The notes: generated by a model from the sequence alone, not told the origin. Positions 42,840-52,540 are shown, counted from the first letter of the stretch. The stretch is DNA of 64,000 nucleotides from Nitrosopumilus sp. (GCA_965238275.1 OZ250186.1:96001-160000), one strand, 5' to 3'. Translations and numbers: made by a program.

Positions 42840-42867
42840 CGTAATAGCCATTATGCAGTCACATTTC
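42828..42867. other. putative recombination site, right, inverted relative to the left site
   Basis: GAAATCACGTTG-CGTAA-TAGCCA-TTATG-CAGTCACATTTC. Spacer TAGCCA is the reverse complement of TGGCTA. Confidence 0.75.
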
Positions 42868-42917
42868 GTGATATTGTTACAAACATGGCGCGTTTGGGGG
42901 CAGGCAGGCACCTTGCA

Positions 42918-43003
42918 GGGCAGGTTTGGGGCAGGTTTGGGGCAGGTTTGGGGCAGGTTTGGGGCAGGTTTGGGGCAGGTTTGGGGCAGGTTTGGGGCAG
43001 TTT
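42918..43003 (+). repeat. 11-bp tandem repeat GGGGCAGGTTT, about 8 units
   Basis: Six perfect units plus shortened first and last units. Confidence 0.95.
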
Positions 43004-43074
43004 CGGGCCCGGCACCCGGCGCGCCGGGGCACCGGTTTTGATGCGGATTAAATATCTAAAGCAGGTTATGGATA

Positions 43075-44616
43075 GTGATGGGCAGCTGCTATAAGATGCT
43101 GCGCCCCGTGAATGATGACGATTTGGACAAGGCGGATCCAGACGTCGCCACGATCCTGAAGAAACTGCCGCCCGAGGGCCACCTGGACGCGAGCCGGATG
43201 GAACCACGCGGCCGCGACGCGCTTGCGTGGGCGTGTTCCCGCGGCATAATGCGCAGGACAGACTCCGGGGACTGCATGATGAGATTCGAGAGCGTGAAAT
43301 TCTGGATCGCGCAGCTCAACTCGCCGGGCGCCAAGAACATCCGCATCCGCAGGGGCACCAGGCAGTCATACGCGGCCGCGCTCGGGACCTTTGACGAGTG
43401 GTTGCGGGGCCGGAAATTCCCGGTAACGCGGGACGGTGCCGGAGGAGGAGGAGATGGAAAGGCAGGGAATGCGGAGGCGTCATTTTCTGACGTGGGGGAG
43501 ATGCTGCGCTTCTGCCAGAATTCCATCCACGGCGCCCGCGCCGCAAAGCGCGTCGTGCGGGAGTACCTTGCCCACCTTGCGTCTGCCGGATATTCCAAGT
43601 CCACCGCGACGGTGCGCTGCTCTGCGATAAAGTCGTACTTTGCGGTGCACGACGTGCCAGTCGACGTGAAGGTGGGCAAATTCAGGTACGCCCAGGACAA
43701 CGGGAACCCCGAGCTGAGCCTGTCGGACTTTTACAAGATGGTGTATTCGGGAAGCATGGGCCCCATGATGAGGGCCATAACGCTGGTAAAGTTCCAGGCC
43801 GGGCTGGATTCCTCGACGCTTGCCGACCGCTTCAACTTCGAGGCGTACCCCCAGATAGTGAGGCACTTTGGCGTGGAGGACTATGACTCCTGGGACCTGG
43901 ACAAGTGCCCGGTCCCGATAAAACTGACAAGGCTGAAGACCGGCATGCCGTACACCACCTTCATAGACCGCGATGCCGTGTCGCAGCTGCGGGACTACCT
44001 GAGGTGGAAGGAGTCCAGGCACGGCAAGCACGACGGGACGGGGCCGCTGTTCGTGACGCGGCGCGGCACGCCGGTCAGCCCGATCTGGATATCGGTCCGC
44101 TTCTCCAAGGCCGCATCAGACGCGGGCGTGCAAAAAAAGTTCTCGCGCGGCTACTACAGGGTGCGCGCCCACGAGGTGCGCGACCTGTTAAAGTCGACGC
44201 TGGTGGCCGCCGGGTGCGCGCAGTACGCCGCAGACCACGTGCTCGGGCACGCCCCCAAGGACTCCTACGAGAAGCAGGCCACGCTGTACCCCGAGGCGCT
44301 CAGGCGGGAATACTCCAAGGCGTCGGGGTACCTCAACGTGTTTACCAGTTTTGAGAGGTACCTGGAGATGGTGTCGGGCCCGCCGCGGGAAGGTGCTGGC
44401 GGCGGCGGCGGCGGCGGCGGCGGCCAGCCTGCCACAATGCAGCAGCAGCAGCAGCAGCAGCAGCCGCAGGACGCGCAGGCCGCATTCCAGGGGATGGCCT
44501 CTGCCATGTCAGGCATGGCCAGGATAATGCTGCAAAGTCCGGACGTGCCAGACGATCTTGCGCGCGTGCTCAGGGACCTGGAAGGCATCGGGGGACGGGA
44601 CGGCAAACAAGGATGA
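43075..44616 (+). CDS. tyrosine recombinase/integrase
   Basis: SAM-like domain (YSKSTA...AIKSYF), RLKTG, GPLFVT, RAHEVR, LGH and DSY. Box I reads QAGLDSST rather than TGxRxxE. Poly-G/poly-Q tail. Alternative start at 43096. Confidence 0.88.
   Translation: MMGSCYKMLRPVNDDDLDKADPDVATILKKLPPEGHLDASRMEPRGRDALAWACSRGIMRRTDSGDCMMRFESVKFWIAQLNSPGAKNIRIRRGTRQSYAAALGTFDEWLRGRKFPVTRDGAGGGGDGKAGNAEASFSDVGEMLRFCQNSIHGARAAKRVVREYLAHLASAGYSKSTATVRCSAIKSYFAVHDVPVDVKVGKFRYAQDNGNPELSLSDFYKMVYSGSMGPMMRAITLVKFQAGLDSSTLADRFNFEAYPQIVRHFGVEDYDSWDLDKCPVPIKLTRLKTGMPYTTFIDRDAVSQLRDYLRWKESRHGKHDGTGPLFVTRRGTPVSPIWISVRFSKAASDAGVQKKFSRGYYRVRAHEVRDLLKSTLVAAGCAQYAADHVLGHAPKDSYEKQATLYPEALRREYSKASGYLNVFTSFERYLEMVSGPPREGAGGGGGGGGGQPATMQQQQQQQQPQDAQAAFQGMASAMSGMARIMLQSPDVPDDLARVLRDLEGIGGRDGKQG
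44398..44463 (+). repeat. GGC and CAG trinucleotide runs encoding poly-Gly and poly-Gln
   Basis: A GGC run followed by a CAG run in the recombinase tail. Confidence 0.9.
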
Positions 44617-44704
44617 GGCAGTTGTTGATATCGCCGGGCCGAATGACACGGGGGGGTTTGAAGCAGTAGCGGCAACGGCGGCGCCTTCAGGCTCCGGCGT
44701 CGTG

Positions 44705-45058
44705 TCAGCGGAGGGGCTGTTTCGCGCAGTCCCGGCGGCCAAACAAAGCGCCGATCCCCGGATCTTGCAGTTTTGCCGGAACCGGGCCGCCGGGCGCTAG
44801 GCTGTTGCCTTTCAGGCGCACGGATTCGCGCATCAGCCAGGTCATGATCGCCGCAGACTGGAGCGTGTCCATTTCTTCTGCGTCAAGGGAGTCCTGCTCC
44901 AGCGCGTCGGCTGCAAGCTGGAATGACTTTCTCATGACCAGGTCGTACTCGCGCCTTCCCATGTCCTTGCCCCTGCAGAACGAGTCGGCGTCGTCCTCGT
45001 ACCCGGGATCGTCGGCGTCGGCGTGCCGCATGATCATGGCCACGTACCGCATCGTCAT
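44705..45058 (-). CDS. hypothetical protein
   Basis: Helical-looking acidic ORF with GC-rich third positions. Confidence 0.55.
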   Translation of the reverse strand: MTMRYVAMIMRHADADDPGYEDDADSFCRGKDMGRREYDLVMRKSFQLAADALEQDSLDAEEMDTLQSAAIMTWLMRESVRLKGNSLAPGGPVPAKLQDPGIGALFGRRDCAKQPLR

Positions 45059-45581
45059 GCCGTAATTCCAGATTTCATGTCCCACACATTTTACGAAATT
45101 TTGGCAGATTTAAACATGACACGTCACCGCGGCGGCATGGTGCTGTGGCAGGCCTAGTAAATCGACAGTGCCGGAGAGTTTCGCGTCCGGCTCCAAATTC
45201 CGCCTATCTCCGGACGTCATGGGGCAGGCGCACGGGCGTTGCGCGCCGCTTGTCGTCATGGCACCGGCCGCGTGCAGGCATTTCTCTGCGGGTTCAAGGG
45301 GCTGTCCGTGACGGGACGTCCGGCAGACGATATGAGACCGCCCCTTCAGGCGCGACGTGGGCACGCATGTACATGGGGCGCAAGCTGTAAAATTTCCAAA
45401 ACGACTAACGTCATGCTGGCTTGACCCGCATGTAACGACGACCTGGCCATAATTGTTTAAAAACTGCAAGCCCGTGTGGTACGCAATGACCGCAACCTTG
45501 CCGGATCCGGCTGCCAAAATTATAAAAAACTCCGTGAAAAAACAGTGGAAAAACTACGTTTAAACCAAAGGAATGCCAGGA

Positions 45582-46088
45582 ATGATCGTGCACAAATCCG
45601 GCATCGTACTAGTGGGCTCCGGAATGGCAATCATAGCAGGACTGGTTCTCATAACTGTGGGAAACCAGATAGTGTTGGACGGGGTCATTCAGGGCGAGGC
45701 AGACGTCAGTATCGGGGAGCCCCTGATCGTGCAGGGCGGGTTTGACCCGGAGGACGGGCAGAAGGGAATCTTTGCACTGCAGATAATGGAGTTTCAGGAC
45801 GGCGTGTTTCACGCAAGGGTGATTGACCCGCACGGCACCGAGATTGTATCAGAGGAGATCGGCGGCGAGTCCCTCGAGATGGAGTTTGACGTGACAGGTG
45901 ACGGGGAGTACAGGCTGGTCGTGGAGGGGACCAACAGCGTACAGACGCACGTGTTTGGCGCCATAGGACCGCTTCCGGATGCAGGCAAGAAGGCACTCGG
46001 GTTCGTGTCAGTGTACGTGCTGCTTGCAGGCATGGCGGGGCTTGTCGGGGGAGGAGCATACACCCTTTGGAAGAGAAGATCAGTTTAG
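45582..46088 (+). CDS. membrane protein (two TM helices flanking a beta domain)
   Basis: N- and C-terminal hydrophobic helices; resembles conserved thaumarchaeal hypotheticals. Confidence 0.8.
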   Translation: MIVHKSGIVLVGSGMAIIAGLVLITVGNQIVLDGVIQGEADVSIGEPLIVQGGFDPEDGQKGIFALQIMEFQDGVFHARVIDPHGTEIVSEEIGGESLEMEFDVTGDGEYRLVVEGTNSVQTHVFGAIGPLPDAGKKALGFVSVYVLLAGMAGLVGGGAYTLWKRRSV

Positions 46089-46397
46089 GTAGCTGTCCAT
46101 CTTTTCAAGGCCGCTTACGGCCCCATCAAAGTTGTCGCCGTCCTCTATTATGCCGGTGAGTTTTTCGGTGTCTGCAGAGAGGAGATGACTGCCGTCGCCG
46201 TCTGATGATTCCTCGTTTATGAACCCGTGGGCAATCAGGTATGAGAGTCTGTCAAGTACCTCGGACTCGGGGACAGATGCGTGCTCTGCCAGAACGCTGC
46301 ACTCCTTTGCCCCGTCCTCAAGCTCTGCAAGAATTGAGGATGTCACAGGATCAAACATGCAGTTGACCACCTTTTCCCTATCAAAGGACTCGTCCAT
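46080..46397 (-). CDS. winged-helix (ArsR-like) protein
   Basis: FDPVTSSILAELEDG.K....LAE......SEVLDRLSYLIAHGFI. Confidence 0.8.
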   Translation of the reverse strand: MDESFDREKVVNCMFDPVTSSILAELEDGAKECSVLAEHASVPESEVLDRLSYLIAHGFINEESSDGDGSHLLSADTEKLTGIIEDGDNFDGAVSGLEKMDSYLN

Positions 46398-46969
46398 TCC
46401 AAAGCGGGCTTTTGTGAAATGTATATTTCTTTTCGTTTTTTTCCGGATTTTTTCTAAAATCGGCAGCCGGATCCGGCACGGTTGCAGTCATCGTATCACA
46501 GTTGCTCCGAGGATCTAAAACGTTGGGCGATTGAACCGCGGCAACCTGTCCGATCTTTCCAGCGGTAATTCGCTGCTGGAATCCAGACGCCTTTATGAAT
46601 GCAAATTTGGAAGGCATTGGCTCTGGCATGCCATGCAAGCCACCTCCGCAGCGGTACCAAGTTCGTGCCGTTTCAGGCCATGGCAAGCCACATTCCAAGA
46701 CAATATCCCTGCGACAAATTTTATCGTAAAAACCCTTCAGCGACTTGATGACGTACAGGGATTACAACGCCACGACTCCCGCGGATCCACGTGCTGGAAT
46801 ACATGGTGCGGCTCTTTTTTTTTTCAAAAAACTTTGGCAATCCCTCAGGCACGCACCTGATCTTTTTGTACGCCTATGAGTTCCTCCCGTTTTGTTTGAT
46901 CCATGTCGCATCAAAAAACCTACATGGCTTGGTTTGGCCGGTTCAATTTGAAGGAATTTTTTCGTGCCG

Positions 46970-47641
46970 CTATAGGTTAAGCACGAACTCAGAGATGACT
47001 GCCGTAACGAAACCGTGAAACATATTCCCCGCATACATGATCAGTATCGCCAGCACCAAGACCACTGCGGATCTGGCGTACCCGAATCCGTTCAGTATCC
47101 GGATCGCTTTTGCCTGTAGCAGGAGCGTCCACCCGATAAAGAGGAACCCGATGGCAAACTGGAACAAGGAGAAAGGTATACCGTCTCCAGACGTCAGGAT
47201 CAGCCCATCAGAAAGGACAATATCTGGAACTGCGAGGCTGTATAGGCTTTCTGCTGCTGTGACCGCCAGAACCCCCAGTATGCTAGGAACCAAACAGTAC
47301 ACCAATGCCGGAAACGCCCTTCGAAAACTGCGGTTCCCTCCCCACCTTCTTCCAACCCAAAAGATTCCCATAATGGGCAGCATGCCTAGAACGAACCTGA
47401 TAATCAAGCTGTATAGAGTGTCATCCCATGTGATGTCGTTCATCTGATATCCGACGTAGCCCCATGGGAGCAGCACCCCCAGGACAACTGTGGTTGCAAA
47501 TACCGCCACAGACGGCACAAGGTACATGCCAGGATTATCGGATATGCGGCAAAGCGTTGTTCCGGGCCGCGCTATCATGCCGTAAAGTGCCAAGACTGCG
47601 TTTTGCATGCCCCGCCCATTCATGCCAACTGTCATCCACAC
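46970..47641 (-). CDS. Yip1-domain membrane protein, copy 1
   Basis: MIARPGTTL, GRRWGGNRSF and Y..VP motifs; about five TM helices. Confidence 0.8.
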   Translation of the reverse strand: MWMTVGMNGRGMQNAVLALYGMIARPGTTLCRISDNPGMYLVPSVAVFATTVVLGVLLPWGYVGYQMNDITWDDTLYSLIIRFVLGMLPIMGIFWVGRRWGGNRSFRRAFPALVYCLVPSILGVLAVTAAESLYSLAVPDIVLSDGLILTSGDGIPFSLFQFAIGFLFIGWTLLLQAKAIRILNGFGYARSAVVLVLAILIMYAGNMFHGFVTAVISEFVLNL

Positions 47642-47919
47642 ATCACAGCCATCACCGCTTCCCCATGCGCCATGACCGTATAAAGAGTGCCTGTTCCCAA
47701 AAGCGTAACTTCTGGGAATAATGGAACACCAAACAGAAGGGTGGTGTCATATCCGTAATCCATAGATATGATGCTGAAATCACGAAGTCGACTATCTTGA
47801 GACTACGATCTTGACTAACGGTTCTAAATTTAGCGTGTAACCAACATGACTGCGACTAATTTGTTTTTTATTTGAATCGTATTTTTCATCTGCACAAACT
47901 TTTGCTTTTAGCCATATGC

Positions 47920-48098
47920 TTGTTTTATGCACACAAACCATGTGTACTGCAAGCATTCTTGCACGCACCCGGCAGTCCTTTTCCTTTTTGCACGTCTTTT
48001 CAAGTTCTTCCCGTTTTGTTTGGTCCATGTCGCATCAAAAAATCCACATAGCTTGGTTTGGCCGGTTCAATTTGAAGGAATTTTTTCGTGCCGCTATA
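47920..48098 (-). pseudogene. IS630 left-end remnant (second copy about 46800-46972)
   Basis: MDQTKREELEKTCKKEKDCRVRARMLAV matches the remnant at 27460. Confidence 0.7.
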
Positions 48099-48101
48099 GG
48101 T

Positions 48102-48764
48102 TCAAAGCACGAATTCCAGTATGGCTACCGTAACGGTGCCGTGAAACATATTCCCCGCATACATGATCAGTATCGCCAGCACCAGGACTACTGCGGATCT
48201 GGCGTATCCGAATCCGTTCAGTATCCGGATCGCTTTCGCTTGTAGCAGGAGCGTCCACCCGATAAAGAATAACCTGATGAGAAGCTGGATCGCGGGGAAA
48301 AATATACCGTCTCCAAGCGTCAGGCCCGGTCCATCAGAAAGGACGATCTCTGGAACTGTGAGATGGTATATGCTTCCTGCTGCAGTGGCTGCCAGAACCC
48401 CCAGCATGCTAGGAACCAAGCAGTACGCCAATACCGGAAACGCCCTCCGAAAACTACGGTTTCCGCCCCACCTTCTTCCAACCCAAAAGATTCCCATAAT
48501 GGGCAGCATGCCCAGTACGGAGTTGATAATCAAGGCGTATATCGTGCCATCCCATGTGATGTCGTTCATCGGATATCCAGCGTAGTCAGAGGGGAACAGC
48601 ACGGCCAGGGCAACTGTGGTTGTTGCAAATACCACCACAGACGGCACAAGGTACATGCCAGGATTATCGGATATGCGGCAAAGCGTTGTCCCGGGCCGCA
48701 CTATTATGCCGTAAAGTGCCAAGACTGCGTTTTGCATGCCCCGTCCATCCATACCGACTGTCAT
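48102..48764 (-). CDS. Yip1-domain membrane protein, copy 2
   Basis: Close tandem paralog of 46970-47641. Confidence 0.8.
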   Translation of the reverse strand: MTVGMDGRGMQNAVLALYGIIVRPGTTLCRISDNPGMYLVPSVVVFATTTVALAVLFPSDYAGYPMNDITWDGTIYALIINSVLGMLPIMGIFWVGRRWGGNRSFRRAFPVLAYCLVPSMLGVLAATAAGSIYHLTVPEIVLSDGPGLTLGDGIFFPAIQLLIRLFFIGWTLLLQAKAIRILNGFGYARSAVVLVLAILIMYAGNMFHGTVTVAILEFVL

Positions 48765-48814
48765 CCACGTATCACAACCATTACCGCTTCCCCATGCGCC
48801 ATAACTGTATAAAG

Positions 48815-49022
48815 AGTACCTGCTCCCAAAAGCGTAATTTCCGGGAATAATAAAACTCCAAACAGAAGGCCGGTGTCATATCCGTAACCTGTAGTGAATT
48901 ATACGAAAATTAGGTGGAAGTACCTGCTCCCAAAAGCGTAATTTCCGGGAATAATAAAACTCCAAACAGAAGGCCGGTGTCATATCCGTAACCTGTAGTG
49001 AATTATACGAAAATTAGGTGGA
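48815..49022. repeat. perfect 104-bp tandem duplication
   Basis: 48815-48918 equals 48919-49022. Confidence 0.93.
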
Positions 49023-49211
49023 AGAAAACAAAAATAACCTAAAACTATTCAAATTGTATGATTCTTTTGTATTTCCGGTGCTGAGATTGCCCAAGGACAA
49101 TTCTGCCTGAGAAATTCAAGAGGCACATTCAGAGTGGCAAATACACCAGCATTTGGAGAAAAACTGCCCGGATATCACAGTTATAAGCGACATCACGACA
49201 TACGCTTCGTA

Positions 49212-50618
49212 TTGAAGTACCTGGTTCTGTTTTTGATCATAGCCGCATCCCTTGCAGTATCGCAGTCATACGCTGCATTCGAGTCCCCCCTAAAACAGAC
49301 GCAGGCAGGTGTTCCATCAGACGAGATACGATGCAATGACGACCGGGTTCTGGTAATCTTCCAAAGCGGCCGCCCTGCGTGCATATTTGAGACCACTGCA
49401 CAAAGACTTGGATTGGACCCCATAGAACCCAGTACCAATAGTCTCCTTGCCAATGCCACGGTCATACACGCAGCTGATGCAGACCCGGTAACCCCGCCTG
49501 AAATTGCGACTGCAAACAACAATTTTGCAGTGGATTTTTACAGTCAGATCTCAGACGGGGATGACAACATGTTCTTTTCACCCATCAGCATGTATACTGC
49601 ATTTTCAATGCTGTATGAGGGCGCCCAAAACAACACCGCAGAGGAGATGCAACAGACATTTGCCTTTGAGCCTGATCAAATCCCACGTCACAACTCCACT
49701 GCCCACCTCATATCATCCATAAACCGCGACGATCCGGATGCCACACTCGATATGGCAAACTCGCTGTGGCTTGCCGACTGGTTTGTTCCCTACGAGTCGT
49801 ACACGGACGTGGTACGCAGTACGTATCTTGCAGAAATAGAGAGTGTTGACTTTTTAGATGCCAGTGATGCGGGCGGGGTACCGCGAATAAACGCATGGGC
49901 CAATGAAAAGACACACGGCAAGATACCGAAGGTTCTGAAGGCTGATGATGTGAAGGAATCCACCGCAGCCGTGCTTCTAAACGCCATATACTTCAAGGGT
50001 ACCTGGAAGACGCAATTCTTCGAGGAGAGCACGCTGGAATCCGACTTTTGGACAAGCCCTGCGCAGAGCGTCAGGACAGATTTCATGAACATGAAAGGAT
50101 TTTTTGACATGGCGCAATTGGACAATCTTCAAGTCCTGAAACTCCCATACAAAGGAGACAGACTGTCCATGCTGATAATACTGCCATCGGACAGGGACGG
50201 CATACAAAAGATAGAAGAGACGCTCGCATCAGAGCAGATAGGGCAATGGAGACAGAGTATGCAGAATACCGAAGTCGAGATAAAAATGCCAAAATTTGAG
50301 ATGAAAACACATTATGACCTCATACCTCATCTTAAGAATCTCGGGATGGCAGATGCCTTTGATATGTTTGATGCGGATTTCTCAGGGATACAGGATGTCT
50401 CATCTGGGAATCTGTTCGTGTCAAAGGCAATCCAGGATGCATATGTAAAGGTAAACGAGGAAGGAACAGAGGCAGCTGCCGTAACTACCATTGTGCAGGA
50501 CCAAATGATGTTGCCAGAAGTTGCATCATTTGTTGCAGATCACCCATTCCTGTTTGTAATACAGGACGATGAGAGCGGGATGGTTCTATTCATGGGAAGG
50601 GTCTCTGATCCGTCATAA
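49212..50618 (+). CDS. secreted serpin (serine protease inhibitor)
   Basis: Signal peptide, SPLKQ..GV..EI.C N-domain, NMFFSPIS, LLNAIYFKGTW, hinge EEGTEAAAVT, FVADHPFLF. TTATAA 31 nt before TTG 49212. Confidence 0.95.
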   Translation: MKYLVLFLIIAASLAVSQSYAAFESPLKQTQAGVPSDEIRCNDDRVLVIFQSGRPACIFETTAQRLGLDPIEPSTNSLLANATVIHAADADPVTPPEIATANNNFAVDFYSQISDGDDNMFFSPISMYTAFSMLYEGAQNNTAEEMQQTFAFEPDQIPRHNSTAHLISSINRDDPDATLDMANSLWLADWFVPYESYTDVVRSTYLAEIESVDFLDASDAGGVPRINAWANEKTHGKIPKVLKADDVKESTAAVLLNAIYFKGTWKTQFFEESTLESDFWTSPAQSVRTDFMNMKGFFDMAQLDNLQVLKLPYKGDRLSMLIILPSDRDGIQKIEETLASEQIGQWRQSMQNTEVEIKMPKFEMKTHYDLIPHLKNLGMADAFDMFDADFSGIQDVSSGNLFVSKAIQDAYVKVNEEGTEAAAVTTIVQDQMMLPEVASFVADHPFLFVIQDDESGMVLFMGRVSDPS

Positions 50619-50943
50619 GAATCCGTGTGTAATGGATCAAATTAAAAAAATTATGTCATTTCAAATAAATTCGTGGCAGATCAGAATTATAAAATGAATT
50701 TTAAAATTCGGTTCAAAGACAGTTTTATCCATACTGCATTAAATGTGCCAACGATGAAAAATTCCTATTGAAATTTCCCATGGCTTTCTTATCTGGTAGC
50801 TGCCTCCAGAAATTATGGTGCATGTCTGCCCAATGTACAGGCCGAGAATTTCTTGATACATGATAGCAGGGACATTTTGACCATTAATTGATTTTGCAGA
50901 ATGATTGGCAATGCCCAAATGGATAATAGCTGGAGGGCACAAT

Positions 50944-52540
50944 AGAGAATATGCGTAATCCCCCTGTCCACATCGATAAATTTAGATCAGGCACGATCGT
51001 GTCTCACATCAAATGCCAGACTCGCCTGATCAGATCATATACAAGTTGCAGCAGGAAAACAAAAGACTAAAAAATATTCTAAAGCAGAAAGACAAAAAGC
51101 TGGAGCAGAAAGACAAAAAGCTGGAGCAGGAAAACAAAAGCCTAAAAAATATTCTAAAGCAGAAAGACAAAAAGCTGGAGCAGAAAGACAAAAAGCTGGA
51201 GCAGGAAAACAAAAGCCTAAAAAATATTCTAAAGCAGAAAGACAAAAAGCTGGAGCAGAAAGACAGGGAGCTGGGCCTTGAGCGCGGCCTGTGGAAGAGC
51301 AGGGACGATGGCTGGAACCCCGGCAAGGGGCCCGCGCTGCATCTGCTAGAGGTGCTAGACGACATAATACGCGACGGGGACAAGCTCCGCCATGCCACGC
51401 TGGCAGACGGGGAACAGTTCCGGTACATGCTGGAGCGGGCCAAGGTGTTTCTGACGCATTCGGGCCAGATGCCGCTGTTCTGCGATAACGCATCCCGGGC
51501 CTCCGATCCCGGAAACCGGTGCAAGCTGCACCTGAGGCACGCGCTGCTCATGGCGCTGATGCACAAAAAGGAAAACATCACGCAGGGAACGCTTGCCGCG
51601 TTCTTCGGGATAGACCAGTCCACCGTGTCCCGGTACTTTCCTGTGATGGACGCGATGCTGGCAGGAATACTTCCGACGGCAGACAACATATCCGAGGAGG
51701 TAGCTGCTGCCCCGACCAGGGAAGATTTCAAGAAGATCGTGCCCGGATCGGATGGGGGCGAGATCTTCATAGACGGCACGCACTGCCCCATACAGCGCCC
51801 GTCCGTAAAGTCAGTCCGGCGCATGAAATACTCCGGCAAGAAGAAAAAGTTTACCAACAATACCAACGTGTACACCAACCGGAACGGGGTGGTGATCGGC
51901 ATATCAAAAAGCACCGTCGGGTCAGTCGGCGACATCACGCTGCTCAAGGAACGCCCCATGCCGTTTGGAAAGTGGGAGAAGGCGATGCACGATCCGGACC
52001 TGCCAGAATCAGACAGGTGCCACCCATTCGTCGACCGCGGCTACCAGGGAATCGCAGACCACCTGCCCGGCACCACGCCGGAGATCCCGCACAAGAAGAC
52101 CAGGGACACGCCGCTGACGCCGGAGCAAAAAAAGCACAACCACAGGATCAACTCCACCCGGGTGTTGGTGGAGCACACGATAGGCAGGCTCAAGCGCTAC
52201 GCGCGCCTCACCGACCCGTACGACGGCAACGCAGCCGGGTTCAACAGGGAGTTCAACGTGATCACAGGGCTGGTAAACCTGAATCTTTTGTGGGACTGCA
52301 TGGAAAAGGGCCCGCCACCACCGGGGCAGTGGAAGACGTCAGTAGACTGGGACAGGGCCTGCTCCCAAGCTCCGGTCAAGTAGAATTCAGGGCACGATGA
52401 AGTGCTGCAAGGCTGCGCACGTCATTTTGGATTTTGGGGTGAACGGACTTGCCACATGCCAGACACGAGTAGTTTTAGGCCGTATTTTTCCGGTTTTTTA
52501 TGACCGAGTTGGCGAAATGGGCGGATTACGCATATCTTCT
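50944..52540 (+). mobile_element. IS5-like (DDE_Tnp_4-type) element, complete; transposase 51013-52383
   Basis: TIRs AGAGAATATGCGTAATCC / AGAAGATATGCGTAATCC, 3-bp TSD AAT, DDE motifs. Confidence 0.95.
51051..51264 (+). repeat. 75-bp tandem repeat, about 3 units, with nested 21-bp QKDKKLE heptads
   Basis: Units start at 51051, 51126 and 51201. Confidence 0.93.

Larger units (their letters stand above)
45475..46500. repeat. inverted repeat pair (about 45475-45545 and 46433-46500) flanking two convergent genes
   Basis: 17-bp perfect core TGCCGGATCCGGCTGCC at 45499-45515 and its reverse complement at 46462-46478, with similar flanks. Confidence 0.8.

Noticed and set aside
42826-43041. ATG 42826 as the start supplied to the surface gene after inversion
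   Set aside because: After inversion it falls in a different frame that stops at 42547. Only TTG 42837 is in frame.
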